This document shows positions 43,391 through 53,131 of a DNA stretch of 64,000 nucleotides, piece by piece; within the stretch, counting starts at the first letter, position 1; each line of letters begins with the position of its first letter. The notes under the pieces were generated by a model, which searched no databases, had not been told where the DNA came from, and was given only the letters and a program-made list of their open reading frames with translations. This DNA is from Methanocaldococcus indicus (GTDB taxonomy: Archaea; AGJL01; Methanococci; Methanococcales; Methanocaldococcaceae), in contig NZ_CP186926.1 of assembly GCF_049554935.1 (NCBI RefSeq), positions 576,001 through 640,000 on the forward strand. Reading direction: 5' to 3'. Both the position numbers and the translations under genes were made by a program.

Positions 43391-44500
43391 CTATTCAATA
43401 TATTCCATAATTCTTTCTAATCCTTCTTTAATTCTCTCATACTTATTAGAGTAGCTTATTCTAATATTATATTTGCATCCAAACTCTTCTCCAGGAGACA
43501 AGGCAACATACTTTTTATTTAAAAGTTCTTCACAGAACTTTTTCCCATCTCTACCAATATATGGAAATACATAAAATGCCCCAACTGGATTACCAACTTT
43601 CCAATTAAACTCTTTCATATACTTTAAAACCAATCTTCTCCTCCTATCAAATTCTTTAATCATCTCTTTAACATATTTTTCAGTTTCAGAAGAAAAAGCT
43701 TTTAATGCTGCAAACTGTGAAATTGTTGGAGCTGAAATAAAAAAGTTCTGTTGTAATTTTAAGCAACTATCTATTATCTCACTATTTGATATTAGATATC
43801 CTAACCTCCAACCAGTCATTGAATAAAGCTTAGAGAATCCATTTATTAAAATAGTTTTTTCTAAATTTTCATCAAATTCAATAGCTGAAAAACAGTTTCC
43901 TTCATAAACTAATCCATTATATATTTCATCAGAAACAACATAAGGAATTTCATCATAAGCAAATTTATAAATTTCCTTTTCTAAAACTTCACCAGTAGGA
44001 TTTGAGGGAGAATTTAAAATAATTGCTTTTGTTTTTTTATTTACTTTCTTTTCCAATTCTTCCAAATTTTTAAAATATATTGGCTTAGCTCCTAAAAATC
44101 TAATGAAATTTTTATAGCATGGATAAGTAGGAAGTTTTATTAAAACTTCATCACCTTCATCTAAAATAGATGATAAAGCAAAAAATAAAGCTAAGGATGA
44201 GCCACCAGTAATAATAATGTTGTTAATATCTACATCAATATTGTACTCTAAAAAATATTTATTTGCTATCTTTTCTCTTAGTTCAACTATTCCTCTACTA
44301 TCAGTATAGTGTGTTTTATTCTCTTTTAATGCATTAATTCCTTCATCTAAAATAGGTTTTGGTGTTGGAAAATCTGGCTCACCAATCTCTAAATGTATAA
44401 CATCCTTACCTTCTCTTTCTAAATTTTGAGCCTTAGAAAGAATGTCCATAATTTCAAAATTATCAAAATTTAATAATCTCTTAGCTACCATAGTTATCAT
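43391..44500 (-). CDS. mfnC: Class I/II PLP aminotransferase, probable methanofuran-pathway transaminase MfnC
   Basis: VIHLEIGEPDF, NSPSNPTG, SDEIY, NGFSK.YSMTGWRLGY; N-terminus resembles M. jannaschii MJ0684 from recall. Confidence 0.65.
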   Translation of the reverse strand: MITMVAKRLLNFDNFEIMDILSKAQNLEREGKDVIHLEIGEPDFPTPKPILDEGINALKENKTHYTDSRGIVELREKIANKYFLEYNIDVDINNIIITGGSSLALFFALSSILDEGDEVLIKLPTYPCYKNFIRFLGAKPIYFKNLEELEKKVNKKTKAIILNSPSNPTGEVLEKEIYKFAYDEIPYVVSDEIYNGLVYEGNCFSAIEFDENLEKTILINGFSKLYSMTGWRLGYLISNSEIIDSCLKLQQNFFISAPTISQFAALKAFSSETEKYVKEMIKEFDRRRRLVLKYMKEFNWKVGNPVGAFYVFPYIGRDGKKFCEELLNKKYVALSPGEEFGCKYNIRISYSNKYERIKEGLERIMEYIE

Positions 44501-44529
44501 TTAAAAAATTAAAATTTAAATTTAAAAAT

Positions 44530-44991
44530 TTATAAAGTGTAATCTAAAACTTTCTTAGCTTCTTCTATATGTTCTCTTCTAATTCTTTCTATGTCTTCAT
44601 GTAGAGCTTTAATAACTCTCCCTAAAATTATAAATATTGTTCCGGTTATAAGTGGAAGATTATCAACTACATTATCCTCTAATGGTAAATCTCCAGGAAT
44701 TTTTTTCATAACAAACTCTTTAATTTTATCAGCTAAGATTTTTTCTTCTTCTATAACTTCTCTAAATAATTCCATAGAACTTAACATACCTTTTGTAAGA
44801 GGAATATGTCTCATTAAAATCATTTTAGCATTTTCAGCTTTTGCATTTTTATGTGCAATTTCAAATAAATCTGCTACTTTTTTCTCAACTATATCCATCA
44901 TATCTTCAGCTTCTGTCTTATACAAATCTACTTCACATGTAACATTCATTAACTTTTTTAATTGTGGATATGGTATTATCATCTCAGCCAT
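44530..44991 (-). CDS. DUF1931 family (doublet histone-fold) protein
   Basis: [29 protein letters not shown]. Confidence 0.8.
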   Translation of the reverse strand: MAEMIIPYPQLKKLMNVTCEVDLYKTEAEDMMDIVEKKVADLFEIAHKNAKAENAKMILMRHIPLTKGMLSSMELFREVIEEEKILADKIKEFVMKKIPGDLPLEDNVVDNLPLITGTIFIILGRVIKALHEDIERIRREHIEEAKKVLDYTL

Positions 44992-45073
44992 AGTATCCCC
45001 TCATAATCACTATTTTTTGATGATTTTTAAAAATATAAAAAAGGAGTATATAAACTTTTGTTAGTTGAAGATA

Positions 45074-45775
45074 GAGAGTGTCAAGTTAAGCTTTTATTAA
45101 TAATTGATAAAAAATAATAAAATATGAAGCTCACGATAGAAGTCTTAAAGGAGAGAATCGAAGAGGAGAAGATTTTTAAAAGGAATAAGAAGTCGATAGA
45201 AGTTAAAATCTTAGCTGGGATTTTGTATTATCTTGGACTATCGTTGAGGAAGGTAAGTTTGTTTCTTTCCCAATTCGAAAGTATAAGCCATGAGTCGGTT
45301 AGGACTTATTATCACAAGATTAAAGATGTTTTAAACGAACCTGAAAGAAAGGAAAGATACGCAATTGCAATCGATGAGACCAAACTAAAGATTGGAAATG
45401 AAAATATTTACGTATGGTCTGCTATTGATGTTGAATCGAAAGAGTGCTTGGGAGTTTATGTTTCTGAAACAAGAAACTGCCTCGATACTATATTATTCGT
45501 TAAGAGTATATTAAAATTTTGCTCTAATAAGCCGAAGATTTTGGTCGATGGTGGAAGATGGTATCCGTGGGCATGGCAAAGATTGGGTTTAGAATTTGAA
45601 AGAGTCAGATTCGGACTGAGAAATTGTGTAGAAAGCTTTTTCTCACTACTCAAACGAAGAACTAAAGCATTTTATAATAGGTTTCCTAATAACAGCAAAT
45701 TCGATACAGTTGTTAGCTGGATTAAAAGTTTCATGATGTTCTACAATTAGTTGAAGTCGTTAACTTGACAGTGTC
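45074..45775 (+). mobile_element. IS6-family insertion sequence (ISMja1-like), 702 bp
   Basis: Left end GAGAGTGTCAAGTTA (45074-45088) matches the reverse complement of the right end GACACTGTCAAGTTA (45761-45775) at 13/15. TTGAAGATA is repeated at 45065-45073 and 45776-45784. Confidence 0.95.
45124..45750 (+). CDS. IS6 family DDE transposase (possibly truncated by a premature TAG)
   Basis: GLSLRKV HTH, AIDETK, WSAID, LVDGG.WY, RN.VE.FF. Confidence 0.92.
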   Translation: MKLTIEVLKERIEEEKIFKRNKKSIEVKILAGILYYLGLSLRKVSLFLSQFESISHESVRTYYHKIKDVLNEPERKERYAIAIDETKLKIGNENIYVWSAIDVESKECLGVYVSETRNCLDTILFVKSILKFCSNKPKILVDGGRWYPWAWQRLGLEFERVRFGLRNCVESFFSLLKRRTKAFYNRFPNNSKFDTVVSWIKSFMMFYN

Positions 45776-45842
45776 TTGAAGATATTATAAAGGATTAATC
45801 TATAAAAAATAAATATCTTTAATTTCTAACAACTTATTAAAA

Positions 45843-46679
45843 TTATTGAGGTTTCTCCATTAATTTTCTTTTTGATAATATTTTACCTTCTTTATTGTGT
45901 GGCTTTCTCAATACTGAATCTGTTGCTTTTTCTAATTCTCTAATCTCATCAGCTAATAAAGCTGCTTGTCTTAACAATTCATGAGCTGATGCTACAATAG
46001 GAATATATTTCTCAGCATCTTTAACCATAAAACATCCTTTAACATCAACATCTCCAACTTTCTCAGCTATATAATATGCTGCCATAGCTTTTGCTTTTGC
46101 ATAAGGATTGCTGAACTCCATTTTTTCTACTACATTCTCATCAATTACTATTTTTGGGAGCTCTATATTATTTTTACCTTCTTTTATACTTTCAATTACC
46201 TTATCTAATGCTTCTTGGACAGTTCTAACTACACCTATAACTGATAATACTTTTATTATATCTGAGTTGAATAATCCTACTTCAACAGGGTCTAAAAATT
46301 CTCTTCTTGCTCCAATCATTGGGTCACATTTTATAATTATATATCCAAATCCATTCTCTTCTAATTCATCCTTAGCTCTTAATCCTGGCTTATCTCCAAC
46401 AATTATTGAAGGAATTCCAGACTCTTTTAAAATTTCTCTGGCTTTTTTAGGTCCGGGAGCTGCTGGATTTGGGCTTATAAACACAATAAAGTCAGGTTTT
46501 ATTTGCTCAACCATAAATTTTGTTACTTCTTCAACTGACTTAGGGTCCATTTTAGCTCCACTACCTATAACTCTTACATCTATATCCTCTCTTTCTGCTC
46601 TTTCATCTAAGGCTAAATCAATAATTGGAGACATTCCAATATTTCCACATTTTATAAATCCAATTTTTACTTTTTTCAT
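45843..46679 (-). CDS. mtd: F420-dependent methylene-H4MPT dehydrogenase
   Basis: KCGNIG, LDERAEREDI, GSGAKM, SPNPAAPGP, DPMIGARREFLDP, NPYAKAKA. Confidence 0.96.
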   Translation of the reverse strand: MKKVKIGFIKCGNIGMSPIIDLALDERAEREDIDVRVIGSGAKMDPKSVEEVTKFMVEQIKPDFIVFISPNPAAPGPKKAREILKESGIPSIIVGDKPGLRAKDELEENGFGYIIIKCDPMIGARREFLDPVEVGLFNSDIIKVLSVIGVVRTVQEALDKVIESIKEGKNNIELPKIVIDENVVEKMEFSNPYAKAKAMAAYYIAEKVGDVDVKGCFMVKDAEKYIPIVASAHELLRQAALLADEIRELEKATDSVLRKPHNKEGKILSKRKLMEKPQ

Positions 46680-46867
46680 ACTTATCACAAATATATTATT
46701 ATTTTTTATTAATTTTAGTATTATGTTATAATATTTTGTTAAGTTTTTATATAAAGGTTACCATTAGATTTATTTAGTGATATAATTATAAATTATATTA
46801 TAGTTTAGATTTTCTAATACTATTTATAGACATATATGCATATTATAACATTTTACATGGTGAGATT

Positions 46868-47419
46868 ATGGAGTTTGATGTTCCAGTTTATGAAGTTATG
46901 AGCTTTCCAGTTATAACTGTAAGTAAAGATATGAGTGTATATGATGTTGCAAATATTTTAAAAGAGAAAAATATAGGGGCTGTTGTTGTAGTTGAAGATA
47001 ACAAACCAATTGGAATAATAACTGAGAGAGATATTGTTAGAGAAGTTGTAGCAAATAACCTAAAACCTAAGGACGTTTTAGTTGAGGATGTTATGAGAAA
47101 AAAGGTTATTACAATAGAGCATAACAAGTCAATAAATGATGCTGCCAAGATAATGGCTAAATATAATGTAAAAAGATTACCAGTAGTTAAAGATGGTGAA
47201 TTAGTAGGGATTATAACTCAGAGTGATATTGTTAAAATATCCCCTAAATTGTTAGAGATTGTTATAGAGTATGCAAATATTATGGAGCCTCCAAAAGTTG
47301 AGGAAAAAGATGAATGGATAGAGGGTATATGTGAATGCTGTGGATATCAAGGGTTAGTTAAATACTATCAAGGTAGATATTTGTGTGAGGAATGCTTAGA
47401 AGATTTAAAAAAGGAATAG
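46868..47419 (+). CDS. CBS-pair protein with C-terminal zinc ribbon
   Basis: GIITERD, RLPVV..G.LVGIIT..D, GICECCG...LCEEC. Confidence 0.88.
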   Translation: MEFDVPVYEVMSFPVITVSKDMSVYDVANILKEKNIGAVVVVEDNKPIGIITERDIVREVVANNLKPKDVLVEDVMRKKVITIEHNKSINDAAKIMAKYNVKRLPVVKDGELVGIITQSDIVKISPKLLEIVIEYANIMEPPKVEEKDEWIEGICECCGYQGLVKYYQGRYLCEECLEDLKKE

Positions 47420-47422
47420 GTT

Positions 47423-48106
47423 ATGATATCCATAATTTTAGTTAATCCAAAGTATCCTGGAAATGTTGGAAGTATAGCAAGAGTTATGAAAAATTTTGAT
47501 TTTTATGATTTGAGAATTGTAGGAAATAAAGAGATAATAGAAAGTGATGAAGCTAAAATGATGTCAATGCATGCAAAAGATATTTTAGAGAATGCTAAAT
47601 TTTATAACTCTTTTGATGATGCTATTAAAGATTTGGATTTTGTCATTGCTACTTCTGGTGCAAGAGGTGGAGATAGAAATTTAAAAAGAGTGCCTATAAC
47701 ACCCAAAGAATTAGCTAAAAAAATATATTCTACTAAAGGGAATATTGGAATTGTTTTTGGAAGAGAAGATGATGGATTAAGAAATGAAGAAATAGATAAG
47801 TGTGATTTATTAGTTTCTATCCCTACATCCCCAAAATATCCAATAATGAATCTATCCCATGCTGTTGCTGTTATCTTATATGAGCTCTATTCCTATAAAG
47901 TTGAAAATAAATTTGTTGATATAAATATAAGAGAAGCAAGTAAGGAAGATAAAGAACTTCTAATTAGAAAGTTTAATGAGTTTATAGATAAATCTAAACT
48001 TCCAGAACATAAAAAGGAACTTTGCAAGATAATATTTAAAAGATTAGTTAATAGGGCTTTTATAACTGGAAAAGAAGCATGGACATTAATGAGTGCATTT
48101 AAGTGA
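47423..48106 (+). CDS. TrmJ/TrmH-family SPOUT RNA methyltransferase
   Basis: NVGSIARVMKNF, VFGREDDGL, IP....YPIMNLSHAV. Confidence 0.9.
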   Translation: MISIILVNPKYPGNVGSIARVMKNFDFYDLRIVGNKEIIESDEAKMMSMHAKDILENAKFYNSFDDAIKDLDFVIATSGARGGDRNLKRVPITPKELAKKIYSTKGNIGIVFGREDDGLRNEEIDKCDLLVSIPTSPKYPIMNLSHAVAVILYELYSYKVENKFVDINIREASKEDKELLIRKFNEFIDKSKLPEHKKELCKIIFKRLVNRAFITGKEAWTLMSAFK

Positions 48107-48112
48107 TAAGTT

Positions 48113-48820
48113 ATGGTTTATGTAACAAGTATAATAGACAGTTCAACAATTGACTACTATAAAAAATTTTCAGCTGTTATTTTTTTATCTGGATGCAATA
48201 TGAGATGTAAGTATTGTCATAACCTAAAAGATGTTTTGAATAGAAAGTATAAGATGAGTGTTGAAGAACTTTTTAAAAAAATTGATTTTTTCCTTGCTGA
48301 TGCATTAGTTATTTCTGGAGGAGAGCCAACTTTACAAAAAGAGGATGTAGTAGAGATAGCTAAGAAAGCAAAAGAACTGAATTTAAGTGTTAAGATAGAT
48401 ACAAATGGGACACATCCAGAAGTTATAGAGGAGTTAATAAAACTTAACTTAATTGATTATGTAGCTTTGGATATAAAATGTAGGTTTGATAAATATAAAG
48501 AGCTAACTGGATATGATAAAAATATCAAAGATAATATTTTAAAAATTATTAAAATGTGTAAAGATAATAATATATTTATTGAGTGTAGAACAACATATGT
48601 TCCAAAAGTTTTAGATAAAAAAGATATTGAGGAAATTGCAAAAATTGCAAAAGATGCTGATTTATATACAATCCAACAATTCAATCCTGAAAATGCTTAT
48701 GATGAAAAATTTAGGAATCTACCAATACCAAAAACTTCTGAATTGGTTGAGTTGGGAAAAATTGCAAAAAAATATGTAAATAGAGTTTTAATTAAGGGAG
48801 ATGAGATAATAGAACTATAA
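48113..48820 (+). CDS. nrdG: Radical SAM protein, anaerobic ribonucleotide reductase activase-like
   Basis: GCNMRCKYCHN, SGGEPTLQ, DTNGT.P, ALDIK, ECRTT. Confidence 0.75.
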   Translation: MVYVTSIIDSSTIDYYKKFSAVIFLSGCNMRCKYCHNLKDVLNRKYKMSVEELFKKIDFFLADALVISGGEPTLQKEDVVEIAKKAKELNLSVKIDTNGTHPEVIEELIKLNLIDYVALDIKCRFDKYKELTGYDKNIKDNILKIIKMCKDNNIFIECRTTYVPKVLDKKDIEEIAKIAKDADLYTIQQFNPENAYDEKFRNLPIPKTSELVELGKIAKKYVNRVLIKGDEIIEL

Positions 48821-48835
48821 AATATTTTTTAATAA

Positions 48836-48916
48836 ATTGAGTAATGCTCAATGTTATATTTATATTTTTAATCAAGCATATAATGAAATAATGTATAAAT
48901 ATGAGTAATACTCATA
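48836..48916 (+). promoter_or_regulatory. fwd operon promoter with two 17-bp palindromic operator-like sites flanking a TATA box
   Basis: ATTGAGTAATGCTCAAT (48836-48852), TTTATAT (48859-48865), TATGAGTAATACTCATA (48900-48916). Confidence 0.75.
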
Positions 48917-48934
48917 ATCATTTAATTGGTTAGC

Positions 48935-49381
48935 ATGCCTAAACATATTTTATCAGGAATAAAAGCATTGGTAACTTTTAAGCTAAAAAAGAAAGGTTTA
49001 AAAAATAAGGATATTGCTAAGTATCTAAAAATTGATAATACTGTTGTATCTCATTATTTGTCTGGAACATTTCCAAAAAATGATATTTTGGAAGTTGCAG
49101 AAGTTATAAAATCTCTACCACCAAGTTGTGGAGCAAAATTTATCCATACAATAACAAAAGATAAAGATTTATCTAAGATTTTGGTTAAAGAACTTTATGA
49201 TGTAGATATAATCTGGGATGAAGAAAAATGTATTTTTTGTTATCAATGTGCTGAATGTGATGCTATAAAAATAGAAAATGGAAAGATTAGTATTGATAAA
49301 GATAAATGCTGTCTTTGTGCAAACTGCACTTTTTTGTGTCCTACAAAAGCATTAAGATTTAGGAGGGATATAAATGAATAA
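48935..49381 (+). CDS. fwdH: FwdH: N-terminal HTH plus ferredoxin domain
   Basis: MPKHILSG, IAKYL.ID..VVSHYLSG (HTH), CIFCYQC and CCLCANC...CP; first gene of the fwd cluster. Confidence 0.85.
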   Translation: MPKHILSGIKALVTFKLKKKGLKNKDIAKYLKIDNTVVSHYLSGTFPKNDILEVAEVIKSLPPSCGAKFIHTITKDKDLSKILVKELYDVDIIWDEEKCIFCYQCAECDAIKIENGKISIDKDKCCLCANCTFLCPTKALRFRRDINE

Positions 49382-50438
49382 AATTAAAGAAGTATTTGAT
49401 AATGGTTTTATAATTTATAGAGAAACAAAAGTAGATAAAAGAGAACTTAGCTGGCAAAAATCTTATTGTGTTGGTTGTGGGATATGTTCTGATGTCTGTC
49501 CAGTTGGAGCTATAAAGCTTGGACCTCTTGGAGCTATTGCAAAAGGTTTAATTGATGATAACTATATTGATATTGACAAAGAAAAATGTGTTTTATGTGG
49601 AATTTGTTCAGCAGCTTGTTTCTTTAATGCATTAGATTTAAAAATTAATGGAAAATCAATAAAAGAAGATGAAAGATATCCAAAAATTACTGGAAAATCT
49701 ATTAAAGTTGAACAAGAAAAATGTGTTTTATGTGAGCAATGTGAAATTGTTTGTCCAAGAGATGCAATAGTTGTTGAGAGAGAATTAACAGAAAGAAAAA
49801 AGTTTGTTGTAGGGGAAATTGTAATTAACAAAGAAAAATGTGTTTTATGTGGAATTTGTGCAGAATATTGTCCAGCTGATGCTATTGAGTTGAATTACAG
49901 AATTCCAACACCATCAAATCCTAAACCAGTTGATGACATAAAAGTAAATCATGACTTATGTGTCTATTGTAGAGTTTGTGAGTATGTATGTCCTCATGAT
50001 GCTATTGAAGCTATTTGTTATAAATGTCCTCTACACAAGAGAATACCAAAAGCTAAACTTTATGAGGATATAAATGGAAAAACAACAGTATATGAAGATA
50101 TTTGTGTTTCATGTGGTTGGTGTGCTTATGTATGTCCTACAAATGCTATAAAAGTAGAGAAACCATTTGAGGGAGAGGTAATAATAAATCATGAAAAATG
50201 TTCAGGCTGTGCTGCTTGTGTAAATATTTGTCCATGTTCAGCATTAGAGTTCCCAAAATCTGAGAAAAAAGCTCAAAAAGTCCAAAAATTAATAGTAAAT
50301 CAAAATCTTTGTGTTTTATGTGGTGCTTGTGCAAAAGCTTGTCCAGTTGAAGCAATTAAAGTTGTTAGAAAATCTGTCAAATTAACTAAGAACTATCCAA
50401 AAGCTTGGGAAAAACAATTAAAAAAGGTATTAAATTGA
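49374..50438 (+). CDS. fwdF: Formylmethanofuran dehydrogenase polyferredoxin subunit F
   Basis: Eight CxxCxxCxxxC-type motifs; operon position. Confidence 0.92.
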   Translation: MNKIKEVFDNGFIIYRETKVDKRELSWQKSYCVGCGICSDVCPVGAIKLGPLGAIAKGLIDDNYIDIDKEKCVLCGICSAACFFNALDLKINGKSIKEDERYPKITGKSIKVEQEKCVLCEQCEIVCPRDAIVVERELTERKKFVVGEIVINKEKCVLCGICAEYCPADAIELNYRIPTPSNPKPVDDIKVNHDLCVYCRVCEYVCPHDAIEAICYKCPLHKRIPKAKLYEDINGKTTVYEDICVSCGWCAYVCPTNAIKVEKPFEGEVIINHEKCSGCAACVNICPCSALEFPKSEKKAQKVQKLIVNQNLCVLCGACAKACPVEAIKVVRKSVKLTKNYPKAWEKQLKKVLN

Positions 50439-50447
50439 GGTGATTAA

Positions 50448-50708
50448 ATGATAAATAATAAAGGATATTCATTAGTAGTCTTTCCTGAAAAGTGTCATGG
50501 TTGTGGAATTTGTGTAGTTGCATGTCCTGTTAATGCTGCTAACGACCCAAATGTTGCTGGTGGAGCTGGTCCAGAAAGTGAGGAGAATATTGTTATTAGA
50601 GTAGAGAACGGAGTTATTAAGATAGTAAATCCTGAATTATGTGGTGGATGTGGGACTTGTGTAGAGTTTTGTCCAGTAGATGCTATAAAATTAGTTAGGG
50701 TGAAATAA
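50448..50708 (+). CDS. fwdG: Formylmethanofuran dehydrogenase subunit G (ferredoxin)
   Basis: CHGCGICVVACPVN, CGGCGTCVEFCP. Confidence 0.9.
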   Translation: MINNKGYSLVVFPEKCHGCGICVVACPVNAANDPNVAGGAGPESEENIVIRVENGVIKIVNPELCGGCGTCVEFCPVDAIKLVRVK

Positions 50709-51148
50709 TGAAATTTAGATTAAATACAGGTAGAACTATATGGCAAGGGGAAGGTATTGAAGCTGGGAAAAATTTAAAATTATATAAAAAAGCTGCTGCA
50801 GTAGTATATATAAATAAAGAAGATATGGAAAAACTTGGAGTTAAAGAAGGAGATAAAGTAAAAGTAAAAAGTTCTTTTGGTAGTGTTGTCCTTTATGTTA
50901 AAGAAGCTGATGAAAGAAATCCAGAGGGGCATATATTTATACCTATGGGACCTTGGGCTAATGTTGTTGTAGATCCAGATACCACAAGTACAGGAATGCC
51001 ATATTTAAAAGGTTCTCCTGACCAATTTGTAAAGATAGAGAAAACTGATGAAGAAGTTTTAGATATGGAAGATTTAATGAAAACAGTATATTTGAATGTT
51101 AAAAATATTAAAAATAAAAATGCTAAAATTAAAAAAGTTAAAGCATAA
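50708..51148 (+). CDS. fwdD: Formylmethanofuran dehydrogenase subunit D
   Basis: LNTGRTIWQG, FIPMGPWAN, TGMP..KG. Confidence 0.93.
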   Translation: MKFRLNTGRTIWQGEGIEAGKNLKLYKKAAAVVYINKEDMEKLGVKEGDKVKVKSSFGSVVLYVKEADERNPEGHIFIPMGPWANVVVDPDTTSTGMPYLKGSPDQFVKIEKTDEEVLDMEDLMKTVYLNVKNIKNKNAKIKKVKA

Positions 51149-51159
51149 TTGGTGAGATT

Positions 51160-52857
51160 ATGGAAATGATTATTAAAAATGGAATTGTCTATGACCCTGC
51201 TAATGGAATTAATGGAGAAAAAATGGATATATGCATTAAAGATGGAAAGATTGTTGAAAAAGTTTCAGAAGATGCTAAGGTTATAGATGCTTCTAACTGT
51301 GTAGTTATGCCTGGGGGGGTAGACCCTCATTCACACATAGCTGGACCTAAGGTAAATACAGGAAGAGTAATGAGACCAGAAGATAGTATAATGGAAATTT
51401 ACAAAAGAAAAGCACATTCTGGAACAGGATTTTCAGTCCCTTCAACATATAAAACAGGTTATCAATACTCAGAGTTGGGATATACTTTTGTTGTTGAAGC
51501 GGCTATGCCTCCTTTAAAAGCAAAACACGTCCATGAAGAGTTTAGAGACACTCCTCAAATAGAAAAAACAGCAATGCCTTTATTTGGAAATAACTGGTTT
51601 GTATTTGAATATATAAAAGAGGGAGATTTTAAAGCTTTGGCAGCTTATATAGCTTGGGTTTTAAAAGTATCAAGAGGTTATGCTATAAAAATAGTTAATC
51701 CTGGAGGAACAGAAGCATGGGGATGGGGAACAAATGTACATTCAGTAGATGACCCTGTTCCTGGCTTTGATATAACTCCAAGAGAAATTATAAGTGGATT
51801 GGCAAAAGCAAATGAAATGCTTGGATTACCTCACTCAATACATATACATCCTAACAACTTAGGACATCCTGGAAATTGGGAAACAACATTAGAAACTATG
51901 AAAATTGTTGAAGGTATGAAAGCAAAACCAAGAGTTGGAAACAGATTCCAAGTTTATCATAATACACATGTACAGTTCCATTCTTATGGAGGAACATCTT
52001 GGAAAGATTTTGAAGCTAAGGGAGTAGAAATAGCTGAATATGTGAATAAAGCAGATAATATTACTATTGATGTTGGGCAAATAACATTAGATGAAACTAC
52101 TACAATGACAGCAGATGGACCAATGGAATTTGACTTATATATGACAACAAAAACAAAATGGGCAAACTGTGATGTTGAAGTTGAAACAGGTTCTGGAGTA
52201 GTTCCATTTATCTACTCTCCAAAAGGACCTGTATATTCATTACAATGGGCAATAGGTTTAGAGTTGTTCTTATATACAGATGTAGATAAATTAATGCTAA
52301 CAACAGACCATCCAAATGCTGGACCATTTACAAGATACCCAAGAGTTATAGCTTGGTTAATGAGCAAGAAGTATAGAGATGAGTGGTTATACAACAAAGT
52401 CCATAAATGGGCACAGCAAAGAAGTAGAATTGCAGATAGTGATAAAGAGTTTGACTTATATGAAATAACTAAAATTACAAGAACCAACTCAGCAAGAGCA
52501 TTTGGGTTAGTTAATAAAGGACATCTTGGAATAGGTGCTGATGCAGATATAGCAATATATGAAATTAATCCAGAAGAGAAAGATGGAAGAGTTATAGAAA
52601 GAGCATTTAGATATGCTAAATATACAATTAAAAAAGGAGAGATATTAGTTAAGGATGGGGAATTAGTAAAAGAGAAATTCTATGAAACATGGTATGTAGA
52701 TGTAAATGTTGGAGAACAACTATATGAAGAAGTTTTAAAAGACATAAAAGCTAAATGGCCAAAATTATACTCCATTGCATTTGAAAACTATCCAGTTAAA
52801 GATAGCTATGCTAATGGTTGGGAAGTTGTCAAAATTGATGCTTCTGACATAAACTAA
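51160..52857 (+). CDS. fwdA: Formylmethanofuran dehydrogenase subunit A (amidohydrolase fold)
   Basis: PGGVD.HSHIAG, KIVNPGG.EAW, LPHSIHIH, TTDHPNAGPF. Confidence 0.96.
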   Translation: MEMIIKNGIVYDPANGINGEKMDICIKDGKIVEKVSEDAKVIDASNCVVMPGGVDPHSHIAGPKVNTGRVMRPEDSIMEIYKRKAHSGTGFSVPSTYKTGYQYSELGYTFVVEAAMPPLKAKHVHEEFRDTPQIEKTAMPLFGNNWFVFEYIKEGDFKALAAYIAWVLKVSRGYAIKIVNPGGTEAWGWGTNVHSVDDPVPGFDITPREIISGLAKANEMLGLPHSIHIHPNNLGHPGNWETTLETMKIVEGMKAKPRVGNRFQVYHNTHVQFHSYGGTSWKDFEAKGVEIAEYVNKADNITIDVGQITLDETTTMTADGPMEFDLYMTTKTKWANCDVEVETGSGVVPFIYSPKGPVYSLQWAIGLELFLYTDVDKLMLTTDHPNAGPFTRYPRVIAWLMSKKYRDEWLYNKVHKWAQQRSRIADSDKEFDLYEITKITRTNSARAFGLVNKGHLGIGADADIAIYEINPEEKDGRVIERAFRYAKYTIKKGEILVKDGELVKEKFYETWYVDVNVGEQLYEEVLKDIKAKWPKLYSIAFENYPVKDSYANGWEVVKIDASDIN

Positions 52858-52879
52858 AAAAATTTTTTTGAGAAAAATT

Positions 52880-53131
52880 ATGTTATTAACAACTACTGAA
52901 AAACTTGAAGGATATAAGATATTAGAATATTTGGGGATTGTTGTTGGCTATGGAGATGACCCAGAAGAGGCTTTGGATGATTTGGAAGAGTTGGCATTAG
53001 AATTAGGAGCTAATGCAGTTATTGGAATTAGAATACATAATGAGCCAATAGTAGAAACAGGAGAAGATATTGTTAATAATAACTACTATGCTTATGGAAC
53101 TGCTGTAAAAGTTGAGAAGGTGAAAGAATGA
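52880..53131 (+). CDS. YbjQ/UPF0145-like heavy-metal-binding domain protein
   Basis: TTT..L.GY.I..YLGIV.G, A..LGANAVIG, AYGTAV. Confidence 0.85.
   Translation: MLLTTTEKLEGYKILEYLGIVVGYGDDPEEALDDLEELALELGANAVIGIRIHNEPIVETGEDIVNNNYYAYGTAVKVEKVKE

Noticed and set aside
45748-45750. In-frame amber in the transposase as a possible pyrrolysine codon
   Set aside because: Methanococcales are not known to use pyrrolysine and no pyl genes are present. A W-to-stop mutation is simpler.
49576-49859. 32-bp exact repeat inside fwdF (49576-49607 and 49828-49859)
   Set aside because: Explained by repeated KEKCVLCGIC ferredoxin modules and strong codon bias.
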